A stretch of DNA of 32,000 nt from Candidatus Saccharimonadota bacterium (GCA_025349965.1 CP075337.1:180001-212000), one strand, 5' to 3'; counted from the stretch's first letter, positions 1 through 7,447 are shown. The notes: generated by a model from the letters alone, not told the origin. Translations and numbers: made by a program.

Positions 1-135
1 ATCCCGGATGATACGTTGCCACCTTTTAGGCCAAGCGGGATACGGTTGGGGACACCGGCGATGACGACACGAGGTGCGACTGTTGACGATATGATAGCGA
101 TTGCTCGTAAGGTCATCGAAGTATTAAGAGGGTAG
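1..135 (+). CDS. glyA: serine hydroxymethyltransferase, C-terminal fragment (5' end lies outside the window)
   Basis: Frame 1 reads IPDDTLPPFRPSGIRLGTPAMTTRGATVDDMIAIARKVIEVLRG*, with the TAG stop at 133-135. The PF..SGIR.GTPA.TTRG block is the conserved SHMT C-terminal signature. A hairpin terminator follows. Confidence 0.7.
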   Translation: MPDDTLPPFRPSGIRLGTPAMTTRGATVDDMIAIARKVIEVLRG

Positions 136-157
136 CAAGATAGCCCTTTTGAGAGAA

Positions 158-190
158 TAAAAATAGAGTCTGTGCAGACTCTATTTTTTA
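158..190. terminator. bidirectional rho-independent terminator between convergent glyA and the pilin gene
   Basis: aaaaATAGAGTCTGtgCAGACTCTATttttt: a perfect 10-bp stem at 163-184, with an A-run on the left and a T-run on the right. Confidence 0.7.
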
Positions 191-210
191 TGCAAGTTTT
201 TGGTTAAGTA

Positions 211-714
211 TTAGCTTGCCTGTCCGGCCATGTTTGCACAACTTGAGCCTGGAGTACCAACACTAATGGTCGTAAGACCTGCATTTGGAGATTTGTCGTA
301 CTGCCAGTAGCTAATTATTACGCCACCAGTTGAAGCGTCGTCAGAAGCTGCTGTTGAAGATTTTCCGCAAGCCTGAAGGTTAATGCGCTTTGTCCCGTTG
401 TCCTTAGTAACAACAGTCGCTGGAACGCCTGTTATTGTTGAGCTGTTGTCAATGTAGTAAGCCTTTGATGTATCAGTACCAAAGCTTGCGATTGCATATG
501 GGTAGCTACCAGTTTCAGCTTGGAAAAGCTCAATCTTCTTCTTCCATGTATTCGCAAGTGAAAGTGACGCTGAAGCGTTAGCCCTGTTTGTAATACCGTT
601 GTAAGAAACAATCGTGATCGCAGCAAGGATAGCGATAACGACAACAACGATGAGAAGTTCTACGATAGTGAAACCGCGCTTCGCTGTATTTAGTTTGATG
701 TCTGCAAGACTCAT
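211..714 (-). CDS. type IV pilin-like protein (probable major pilin)
   Basis: 167-aa ORF. The class III signal is KRG|FTIVELLIVVVVIAILAAITIV, with Glu at +5 and a hydrophobic helix. It has its own promoter-like element, a GGGGG Shine-Dalgarno (SD) sequence and a terminator. Confidence 0.85.
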   Translation of the reverse strand: MSLADIKLNTAKRGFTIVELLIVVVVIAILAAITIVSYNGITNRANASASLSLANTWKKKIELFQAETGSYPYAIASFGTDTSKAYYIDNSSTITGVPATVVTKDNGTKRINLQACGKSSTAASDDASTGGVIISYWQYDKSPNAGLTTISVGTPGSSCANMAGQAS

Positions 715-754
715 AGTAGAGTTGCCCCCTATTTGTTACTAATTATATGTCTAT

Positions 755-783
755 ATTCTAGCGTTCTTTTGTCTTAAGCACAA
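755..783 (-). promoter_or_regulatory. sigma70-like promoter for the major pilin gene
   Basis: The minus strand reads TTGTGC-17 nt-TAGAAT. The -35 is the complement of 778-783 and the -10 is the complement of 755-760. Confidence 0.45.
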
Positions 784-813
784 GCTTTTTACTCTAAGAT
801 TGAAATGTTCCTA

Positions 814-2883
814 CTATGACTCGGGTATAAAGGAGATGCCGTCGAGAGAGACCCAGGTGTTCGATGCGCCGTGCGCGGTAATTTGGCCGTCTGCCCATAC
901 GTCAAGTCGGCTATGTGCGCCCGCTGCAGGTGTCTGCATAAGGAGGCGTTCGGCTGGACGGTACCCAGGGGGAAGTGTAGCAATGGCGGCGCCAAGTGTG
1001 CCAGAGGCAACGAGACCTTTTAGGTGGACAACGCCGTCACTTGTCTTTGTGTACTGTGGCGTAGTAAACCCTGAGCCGCTATAGTTTGCCCAGCCATTTG
1101 AGAGGGGAAGGTTTATCCAGCCCGAATAAGACCCGGGAAGGTAAGCTACGTTAATAGAGTAAGCACCCGTTCCATCCCCCTTGGCAAGAAGGCCCTGAGT
1201 GGCATCAATGCCAAGATGGTGGAAGGTTCCTGAGCGTGATGGGAAGTGCATGTATTGAGAAGGTCGTGACGCTGCAGGGATGCTGAAGATTACAGTGCCA
1301 TTTGTTCGCGTTCCATTGGCGAGAAGCCCTTGTATGACAACTCGTCCAGCACTATCTTTCACATATGATGCAGGCGCCCAAGCCCCACCGTAGTTAGTGA
1401 AGCCATTTAGTAGTGTCGGTGTCGTTCTTGTATATGGCGCTGACTTTGCCGTGTAGCGAATGGAGTCGAGTGAATACCAGGCCGTATTACCGCCATCCAT
1501 GAAGACAATTTTTCCATCCTCCCAGAGGTCGACGCGTGAACTTGCATTTGAGTTAGTGGTATTTCCAAAGAAAAGTCTTCCGGTTGGTTGGTATTTTGCT
1601 GGAAGTTGGGCGATGGTGCTGCCTTGTGCAGCTGCCGATGCTTTTATCATCCCTTTGATAACTACGAACCCAGCAGAAGTCATCGAATACATAGCTGGAG
1701 AATAATTAGAAGAGTAGCGCGTCCAAGTGCCTTCTAGCGGTAGTGGTGACCAGAGTGGTATGCGTGTATCCTTTGTTGCATATGTTGAAGATCCTGTATT
1801 ATTTCGTGCAATTACACGGACCGACACAGTATCATTATTAATTGCTTCAGTAAGCTTGTAGGATGTGGCTGTAAGATTTGTGGCTGCTGATTGCCATGCA
1901 CCGCCATTAAGGCGATAATCCACGTCGTATACAGAGGCGTAGGATGCGCTTTGCCACGATATATCGACATCACTTCCATCAACGACTGCCATCGTAATAG
2001 ATGCTGGGGTAAAGGGACGGGGCTCGGATGTAACGGAGTTAAGTCGAGTTGCCCTCCGCTCCGTTGACTTGACGGTTTCACGTCCAGCAATATTTTTGCG
2101 CGCAGTAAGTGAGACTTGTACCGAACTTACATTTTGAAGTGCGGTGTCGCGTGCTGCGTCCGTGCCTGTTTTTGCTGCATTATTAGGGGAGACTGCGTTT
2201 GCGGAATTGTAGTAGGTGAAATTGAAGTCATTTTCCGATATACCGTCCAGAAGCTTGGTGTCGCTCGCCGCGCAGAAGGTATGCGTTGTTGCGGGTGCGC
2301 AGGTTGGGCGCTGGAAGAAAGTAGTGCCACCGCAGTACGTGAGAGGGTTGTTGTAGAAGTTCGGAACTACTACACGTCGCCATAGCGCATTTCCTGCTAC
2401 AAAATAGACGACATTTGTGTATAAAGGCGTGTTGAGTCTGTAATTCCCGGAACACGAATTGGGCTGATTGTTGAGGTAAAGGATCTGGGCGCCTGCGCCG
2501 CCAGCTGCTTGACGAAGGGGGTCTGCAGTGTAAGCAAATTGCTTAAGAATGAGCGCCTGTGGAGTGGCGTTGGATATATTCGTGAAATCTGTCGTGCTTC
2601 CTGTAGATGAGGGTGTGTCGGGATTGGCATTATACCCCTGAGGATTAGTGCTTGAGAATGCGATATCATTTTTTGCCAAAAATCGAGCACTGAGTCGCAC
2701 GTCTTCATCGATGCGATCAATAGCGTCCTGTACGTTATACTGTAGTACGCTTGCCTCTCTTGACTCAAGTGTACTGCCTGTGAGCGTTATGACAAGTGCG
2801 ATAAAGGCACCGATAGAAAGAATGATGATTGGCGCTACAACAAGCACTTCAACGAGGGTAAAGCCGCGCTGTAATCCACGCAT
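814..2883 (-). CDS. large minor-pilin-like protein with a C-terminal FN3 domain and a triple repeat module (pilus adhesin candidate)
   Basis: The ORF is open back to 2916. The ATG at 2883 (MRGLQRG|FTLVEVL, Glu +5) has a GGAGG 8-9 nt upstream and sits 1 nt after the stop of the upstream gene, so I prefer it. That gives 689 aa. Confidence 0.8.
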   Translation of the reverse strand: MRGLQRGFTLVEVLVVAPIIILSIGAFIALVITLTGSTLESREASVLQYNVQDAIDRIDEDVRLSARFLAKNDIAFSSTNPQGYNANPDTPSSTGSTTDFTNISNATPQALILKQFAYTADPLRQAAGGAGAQILYLNNQPNSCSGNYRLNTPLYTNVVYFVAGNALWRRVVVPNFYNNPLTYCGGTTFFQRPTCAPATTHTFCAASDTKLLDGISENDFNFTYYNSANAVSPNNAAKTGTDAARDTALQNVSSVQVSLTARKNIAGRETVKSTERRATRLNSVTSEPRPFTPASITMAVVDGSDVDISWQSASYASVYDVDYRLNGGAWQSAATNLTATSYKLTEAINNDTVSVRVIARNNTGSSTYATKDTRIPLWSPLPLEGTWTRYSSNYSPAMYSMTSAGFVVIKGMIKASAAAQGSTIAQLPAKYQPTGRLFFGNTTNSNASSRVDLWEDGKIVFMDGGNTAWYSLDSIRYTAKSAPYTRTTPTLLNGFTNYGGAWAPASYVKDSAGRVVIQGLLANGTRTNGTVIFSIPAASRPSQYMHFPSRSGTFHHLGIDATQGLLAKGDGTGAYSINVAYLPGSYSGWINLPLSNGWANYSGSGFTTPQYTKTSDGVVHLKGLVASGTLGAAIATLPPGYRPAERLLMQTPAAGAHSRLDVWADGQITAHGASNTWVSLDGISFIPES
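817..1752 (-). repeat. three tandem ~100-aa protein repeats inside the pilin-adhesin gene
   Basis: Units at 1429-1752, 1120-1428 and 817-1119 share the pattern L.L.NG(W/F).NY.......Y.K...G.V...G........G..I..(L/I)P...RP.........R(L/V)D.W.DG.I.....W.SLD.I. An FN3-like segment lies just upstream at 1753-2007. Confidence 0.6.
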
Positions 2884-2884
2884 C

Positions 2885-3283
2885 TTAAAGGCCCTCCGGT
2901 GATACATACGTGGCATGTGTTACTGTCTTCTGCGGTGAGCCATAGCGAATACTTGCGGTGATACGGTTGAGGTTAGGAAGTGACATATTTGGGCAGTCTC
3001 TTGTGACAGTTATCATTCCATCGCCAATGCCGTTGCCGAGATTTATCGATGGCTGATAGAAGAGCGTCGCAGGGGTGCACGGCGCAACCGCGCTGGTTGT
3101 GTAGCTTCTGACTCTAGAATACGCCATCGAGCCCACCTCCGCTTCCATTCGTGTGTTGCCACTCTCTGTAATGATTGCTATGTACAGTTGGTATCCAGTT
3201 GCAAGCGCCATGGCGGCAATAAAGAGTGTAATAAGGAGTTCGATAGCGGTAAAGCCTGGGTGAGTGGAATTATTGCGCATCAT
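2885..3283 (-). CDS. prepilin-type N-terminal cleavage/methylation domain protein (minor pilin-like)
   Basis: 132 aa with the signal THPG|FTAIELLITLFIAAMALA (Glu +5). Its start shares a 4-nt ATGA overlap with the upstream gene's stop. Confidence 0.8.
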   Translation of the reverse strand: MMRNNSTHPGFTAIELLITLFIAAMALATGYQLYIAIITESGNTRMEAEVGSMAYSRVRSYTTSAVAPCTPATLFYQPSINLGNGIGDGMITVTRDCPNMSLPNLNRITASIRYGSPQKTVTHATYVSPEGL

Positions 3284-3819
3284 TGATTTTTACTCGTTAC
3301 CATTTGAATAGAATCGTCTTTCTCAAGCCGATAATAAAGATTGAACTTCACACAGGTTGCGAGGAATGGGTCGATACAAACAGCTCCGGTTTTAGTGAGC
3401 GCTTGGTATACGTATGTCTTTGTGGTGGGTTGTGGCTGGACTCCGGTGGGTGTTTGCACGGCATTGGTAGCTTTTATAATGCTCGGTGGTTGATCGACGG
3501 ATACGCCAGGTGCCCGGAATATTTTTGGATCAGCTTCAGGTGTAATAATAGTGAGGCCTGAATTATCTAGGTATTCCACGCCAGGATACGAGCCGCCACT
3601 CATGAAGTACTGGTCGCCCCACATGGTAGAGCTACCGCTCATGGGGTTCTTGTAGTAACCCTCAAACTGTATTGCAATCGCCTCGATATCAGCTTTTCTT
3701 TCGGCGTCACGGGCGTTCACCTGACTTGCGTTCATACTGACAACAGCAAGCGCTAAAAGAATTCCAAGGATTGTAATTGTAATAACTATTTCAATAATAG
3801 AAAATCCACCACGCCGCAT
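3280..3819 (-). CDS. prepilin-type N-terminal cleavage/methylation domain protein (minor pilin-like)
   Basis: 179 aa with the signal MRRGG|FSIIEIVITITILGILLALAVV (Glu +5). It is the first gene of a three-gene pilin block. Confidence 0.8.
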   Translation of the reverse strand: MRRGGFSIIEIVITITILGILLALAVVSMNASQVNARDAERKADIEAIAIQFEGYYKNPMSGSSTMWGDQYFMSGGSYPGVEYLDNSGLTIITPEADPKIFRAPGVSVDQPPSIIKATNAVQTPTGVQPQPTTKTYVYQALTKTGAVCIDPFLATCVKFNLYYRLEKDDSIQMVTSKNQ

Positions 3820-3822
3820 ATG

Positions 3823-3831
3823 TATATAGCA
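3823..3831 (-). promoter_or_regulatory. extended -10-like box upstream of the pilin block
   Basis: The minus strand reads TGcTATATA, followed by only 3 nt (cat) before the ATG at 3819. That spacing is unusually short, so the call is uncertain. Confidence 0.3.
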
Positions 3832-3872
3832 TAAGAGTTTTGAGGCGATTCTGCAAGTGAAAAAGAGTAGGG

Positions 3873-4898
3873 CTAGGCGGTGATTTCGAGCGGTTCTTGC
3901 TCGATAATGACTTGGAATGTGTCACGTACTTTGCTGATAATCTCTTCGCGTGCCGCGGCAAGATCTTGATAGCCAGTCGCCGCTTCATTCACAAGCACGA
4001 GTGCATTTTTCTCGTAGACACGGATACCGTGAGAGACACTGCCTTTAAGACCTGCCTTCTCTATGAGCCACCCACTCGGCACCTTCATGCGCCCATCAGC
4101 CATCTCAAACATTTTAATGTCTGGGAAGTTTTGCCTTAATTCATTAGCGCGCCATGCGTCGATAATACTGTTTTTGAAGAAAGAGCCACTATTTGCAATA
4201 ACAGTAGGGTCGGGGAGCTTTTCGGCGCGAATTGTTTTTACTGCATCGCGAATTGTTTGCTGTGTGTAGAATGAGATATTGTTTGCATCAAGATATGATT
4301 GAAGCGTGTCATAGAACGGTGGAGCGGGAAGTGATTTGGAAAGCTGAAGTGTTATGCTCGTGATGATATAGCGTCCCTGCTGGTCACCTCTGAAAATACT
4401 GTGCCGATATGAAAAGTTGCAGTCCTCATTTTGCAGAACAGCAAACGCATCGTTTTGGGTGTCGTAGGCTTCAAGTGAAATGAGCGTCTCAGCAATTTCC
4501 TGCCCGTAGGCGCCTACATTTTGTACGGGTGCAGCCCCTGCTGTGCCAGGAATGGCGGACATAGCTTCAATTCCTGAAAGATTCATACTTACAGTGCGTT
4601 CGACGACACTATCCCATATTTCCCCCGCCCCAACCTTAATAGTCGTTGTGTTAAGGTCATCTGCAATAACTTCAAACCCAAGGATGCGCATACGAATAAC
4701 AAGCCCATCGAAGCCCTCGTCTCGTGCAAGCAGATTGCTTCCACCGCCCAGAATGAAGACAGGAAGTTGCTGTTGTTTCGCATTGCGGTAAAGAGCTTGT
4801 GCCTCTGCTGGGGAATGGGCATCAGCAAAAAATCGGGCTGGGCCACCGAGGCGCATCGTAGTAAAGTTTTTTAGGGGAATGTTTGTTCTGATATCCAT
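3873..4898 (-). CDS. murB: UDP-N-acetylenolpyruvoylglucosamine reductase
   Basis: 341 aa. The N-terminus PLKNFTTMRLGGPARFF and the GGGSNLL motif are typical of the MurB FAD-binding domain. Confidence 0.9.
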   Translation of the reverse strand: MDIRTNIPLKNFTTMRLGGPARFFADAHSPAEAQALYRNAKQQQLPVFILGGGSNLLARDEGFDGLVIRMRILGFEVIADDLNTTTIKVGAGEIWDSVVERTVSMNLSGIEAMSAIPGTAGAAPVQNVGAYGQEIAETLISLEAYDTQNDAFAVLQNEDCNFSYRHSIFRGDQQGRYIITSITLQLSKSLPAPPFYDTLQSYLDANNISFYTQQTIRDAVKTIRAEKLPDPTVIANSGSFFKNSIIDAWRANELRQNFPDIKMFEMADGRMKVPSGWLIEKAGLKGSVSHGIRVYEKNALVLVNEAATGYQDLAAAREEIISKVRDTFQVIIEQEPLEITA

Positions 4899-4938
4899 AG
4901 TTTCTCTTAATTTAAGTATAGCCCTTGAGGAGGGTTTA

Positions 4939-4947
4939 TGCTACAAT
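4939..4947 (+). promoter_or_regulatory. extended -10 box upstream of tRNA-Arg
   Basis: TGcTACAAT, 26 nt upstream of the mature tRNA 5' end. Confidence 0.4.
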
Positions 4948-4973
4948 AATTTTTGTACTTTGGTATGGTGTCT

Positions 4974-5050
4974 GCACCTGTAGCTCAGTGGATTAGAGCA
5001 TCTGTCTTCGGAACAGAGGGTCGTAGGTTCGAATCCTACCGGGTGTACCA
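4974..5050 (+). tRNA. tRNA-Arg (anticodon TCG), CCA encoded
   Basis: Hand-folded cloverleaf. Acceptor gcacctg/cgggtgt, D arm gctc..gagc, anticodon stem tctgt/acaga with loop ctTCGga, T arm gtagg-ttcgaat-cctac, discriminator a, then cca. Total 77 nt. Confidence 0.85.
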
Positions 5051-5052
5051 TA

Positions 5053-5081
5053 TTGACAAAACACACTAAGTGTGCTAAAGT
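5053..5081 (+). promoter_or_regulatory. sigma70-like promoter for tRNA-Lys
   Basis: TTGACA (5053-5058), a 17-nt spacer, then TGcTAAAGT with the -10 at 5076-5081. The tRNA begins at 5092. Confidence 0.55.
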
Positions 5082-5091
5082 AGAAGTATAT

Positions 5092-5168
5092 GGGACAGTA
5101 GCTCAGTTGGTTAGAGCGTCTGCCTCTTAAGCAGAATGTCGTGGGTTCAAATCCCACCTGTCCCTCCA
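5092..5168 (+). tRNA. tRNA-Lys (anticodon CTT), CCA encoded
   Basis: Hand-folded cloverleaf. Acceptor gggacag/ctgtccc, anticodon stem tctgc/gcaga with loop ctCTTaa, T arm gtggg-ttcaaat-cccac. Total 77 nt. Confidence 0.85.
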
Positions 5169-5175
5169 AGAAATC

Positions 5176-5212
5176 CCGCCGTTTCCACTTCTGGTGAACG
5201 GCGGCTTTTCTT
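5176..5212 (+). terminator. rho-independent terminator after the tRNA pair
   Basis: CCGCCGTT-13 nt loop-AACGGCGG, followed by cTTTTcTT. Confidence 0.6.
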
Positions 5213-5284
5213 GTAATGAGCCTTTAAAGAATGGTGCTTATGGCCTATAGTCAATGGTAAATAGGTGAGGGCGAGGGTATACAG

Positions 5285-6778
5285 ATGAGCATTTTTCTGA
5301 ACAAAAATAAGCAGCGTGGAAGAGGATTTACTCTTGTTGAACTTCTTATCGTTGTTGTTGTGATTGCGATTTTGGCAGCAATCATAGTAGTTGGATATAG
5401 GGGAGTGGTAGGCTCGGCTCGCGAAGCCTCTCTGCGGTCTGATCTTAAAAATGCAATTTCAGAATTATCGCAGTATAATCTCGCGAATCGTACCTATCCA
5501 GCGGACGGTTCTTCGCTTAAGTCGAGCAATGGAAATGTCTTTACGTACCAGAGTGATGGCTCAACCTATTGTCTTGCCGCCTACTCTGAATCGAATCCAG
5601 GCATGGTTTTCCGTGTCACTCAAGAGGAGAAGATTGAAAGCGGAAAGTGTGGTGCGGTAACTACAGTCATTGCGACAGGTAATCTGGCTACCTGCTCTGT
5701 CGCTTCGGCTAAGGCATATTGTTGGGGGCATGCTATGTGGGGCAAGCTTGGTACTATCTCGGGTGCAGATTCGAAAATCCCCGTAGCTGTCGATACTACT
5801 GGGGTGTTGGCCGGTAAGGAGGTCACGGCTATTGCTATAGGCCCTAATCATAGTTGTGCTATCGCTACCGGAAAGGTGTATTGTTGGGGCAAGAATCTAA
5901 GTGGACAACTTGGCGACACTACGACAACTCAGCGAATGACACCAGTTGCCGTTGATACAGCTGGTGCACTGGCGGGGAAGACTGCAACTGCCGTTACGGT
6001 AGGTGAAGATTATACCTGCACCCTTGCTTCGGGCGCGGTATATTGTTGGGGCAAGAATCAGTATGGGCAACTCGGCAATAATTCAACAGTTGCTGATGCA
6101 AAAGTTCCAGTCGCCGTTGATACCACTGGAGTACTCTCAGGAAAAACAGTAACAGCGATTGGCGGAGGATCATACCGAACTTGCGCCATTGCATCAGGCA
6201 AGGCATATTGCTGGGGCTGGAATGAGTATGGCGCCCTCGGGAATGGCTCGACAGTCGCTAGTTCAAATATCCCGGTCGCTGCTGATATTCCAGGAAAAAC
6301 AGTTACGGCGATTACGGCGGGGACGTGGCACACTTGCGCCATTGCCTCTGGGCAGGCATATTGCTGGGGGTCTGCTGGCTCTGGACGACTTGGTAATGGC
6401 GACTCGATGGCAAGTTCCAGTACGCCAGTTCCTGTCAGCACTGCTGGAGCGCTTGCTGGAAAGACAGTTACGGCGATTTCTTCGGGCAGTAATCATACTT
6501 GCGCCATTGCCTCTGGGCAGGCATATTGCTGGGGGTCTGCTAGCTCCGGACAGCTTGGTAACAATTCGACAATTGACTCTGATGTTCCGGTTGCTGTCAG
6601 TGTGGGAGGTGTATTGGCGGGTAAATCGGTCACAGCTATTGCGGGTGGAAGCTCTCATTCCTGTGCTATAGCTACCGGAAAGGTGTACTGCTGGGGTCTC
6701 AATAATTACGGAGGGCTAGGCAACGATTCCACGGCAAGTTCACCTATTCCAGTGCAGGCTGTCGATTACCCCTTGTAA
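5285..6778 (+). CDS. type IV pilin N-terminus fused to a seven-blade RCC1-like beta-propeller
   Basis: 497 aa. The signal is RGRG|FTLVELLIVVVVIAILAAIIVV (Glu +5). Seven repeats of (A/V)YCWG.....G.LG(N/D) follow, each next to a ...P(V/I)(A/P)V... segment. A GAGGG SD sits 9 nt upstream, and a strong terminator lies downstream. Confidence 0.85.
   Translation: MSIFLNKNKQRGRGFTLVELLIVVVVIAILAAIIVVGYRGVVGSAREASLRSDLKNAISELSQYNLANRTYPADGSSLKSSNGNVFTYQSDGSTYCLAAYSESNPGMVFRVTQEEKIESGKCGAVTTVIATGNLATCSVASAKAYCWGHAMWGKLGTISGADSKIPVAVDTTGVLAGKEVTAIAIGPNHSCAIATGKVYCWGKNLSGQLGDTTTTQRMTPVAVDTAGALAGKTATAVTVGEDYTCTLASGAVYCWGKNQYGQLGNNSTVADAKVPVAVDTTGVLSGKTVTAIGGGSYRTCAIASGKAYCWGWNEYGALGNGSTVASSNIPVAADIPGKTVTAITAGTWHTCAIASGQAYCWGSAGSGRLGNGDSMASSSTPVPVSTAGALAGKTVTAISSGSNHTCAIASGQAYCWGSASSGQLGNNSTIDSDVPVAVSVGGVLAGKSVTAIAGGSSHSCAIATGKVYCWGLNNYGGLGNDSTASSPIPVQAVDYPL
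5654..6775 (+). repeat. seven RCC1-type blade repeats (about 50-55 aa each)
   Basis: YCWG motifs recur seven times. Blades 5 and 6 share an identical 45-nt stretch (6332-6376 = 6497-6541). Blades 2 and 7 share tgtgctat.gctaccggaaaggtgta.tg.tgggg. Confidence 0.7.
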
Positions 6779-6786
6779 ATCGTTGT

Positions 6787-6828
6787 AGTCAATTAAAACA
6801 CCGCCCTTGAGCGGTGTTTTAATTGACT
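6787..6828. terminator. bidirectional terminator between convergent genes
   Basis: AGTCAATTAAAACACCGC-ccttga-GCGGTGTTTTAATTGACT: a perfect 18-bp stem whose A/T runs lie within the stem on both sides. Confidence 0.75.
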
Positions 6829-6840
6829 GTGATAGTTTTG

Positions 6841-7407
6841 CTACGCCTGTGAGTTGTTTTGAGGGGTTGGTGCTTCGTCGAGTGAAACTGTTGAGCTTTC
6901 TGGCTGCGCAGCTCCTTGTGGCGTATTTAGATCAAGTGAGGGGGCATTTGGCGCTGCGGATTCATCCCATGTTGACTTATCAACTGCAAGCCAAATAAAC
7001 CATACGATTGGGAAGAAAATTGCCCAGAGAAGGAATGCGCCGCTCTTGCCAAGTTTGAGGCCGATATTATACTGAGCGATGTAAAGCATTACCGCAGAGA
7101 CGATATTTACAATAGGAATGATTGCAAGTACGGCCCAGAATCCTGGCTGACCGCCAATTTCAAGCATCTTCCATGTATTTGCAAATGGTACCCATGCCAT
7201 CCAGCCCGGGGCGCCAGCTTTTTTGAAGATTTTCATAAGACAAATAGAGCTAACGATATATGATGCCAGAGCCATTGTCAGGACGAAAAATCCAAAGAAA
7301 AGTCCTACTGTTGCCTCGGTGCTTAACGAGTCACTACTGGTTGCTGTTGGTCCGTAAAGATCCATTGTCTCTGCTGTTGCCTGTGCGGTATATGTAAATA
7401 TATTCAT
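6841..7407 (-). CDS. multi-pass membrane protein, DUF5684-like
   Basis: 188 aa. The core MKIFKKAGAPGWMAWVPFANTWKMLEIGGQPGFWAVLAIIPIVNIV resembles the conserved KAG.PGW..(I/V)P..N block of the DUF5684 family, from memory. The C-terminal tail is low-complexity. Confidence 0.65.
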   Translation of the reverse strand: MNIFTYTAQATAETMDLYGPTATSSDSLSTEATVGLFFGFFVLTMALASYIVSSICLMKIFKKAGAPGWMAWVPFANTWKMLEIGGQPGFWAVLAIIPIVNIVSAVMLYIAQYNIGLKLGKSGAFLLWAIFFPIVWFIWLAVDKSTWDESAAPNAPSLDLNTPQGAAQPESSTVSLDEAPTPQNNSQA

Positions 7408-7416
7408 AGTGATTTC

Positions 7417-7425
7417 ATTGTAGCA
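7417..7425 (-). promoter_or_regulatory. extended -10 box for the membrane protein gene
   Basis: The minus strand reads TGcTACAAT, followed by 9 nt and then the ATG at 7407. Confidence 0.45.
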
Positions 7426-7432
7426 CGCAATT

Positions 7433-7441
7433 TGCTAGGCT
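7433..7441 (+). promoter_or_regulatory. extended -10-like box for folD
   Basis: TGcTAGGCT, followed by 6 nt (tagaat) and then the ATG at 7448. No SD is present. Confidence 0.4.
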
Positions 7442-7447
7442 TAGAAT

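Noticed and set aside
2884-2916. The longer start (ATG 2916, MPRMYHRRAFK...) for the pilin-adhesin. Likewise the TTG at 14049 for the LPXTG gene and the ATG at 15560 for the island gene.
   Set aside because: In each case an internal ATG has a proper GGAG-type SD at canonical spacing and gives a normal signal-peptide n-region. The longer forms overlap the upstream gene or lack any ribosome-binding signal. The 3' ends are unaffected.
6058-6671. ORFs of 127-170 aa in other frames or on the opposite strand inside the RCC1-pilin gene.
   Set aside because: They are periodic by-products of the seven-fold blade repeat, so the same stop-free frame is repeated. They have no start signals and the sequence is Arg/Leu-rich nonsense.
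7442-7447. TAGAAT directly abutting the folD ATG, considered as the -10 hexamer.
   Set aside because: A -10 ending 0 nt from the ATG would start transcription inside the coding region. The upstream TGcTAGGCT box with 6-nt spacing fits the pattern seen at other genes, so TAGAAT is treated as spacer.
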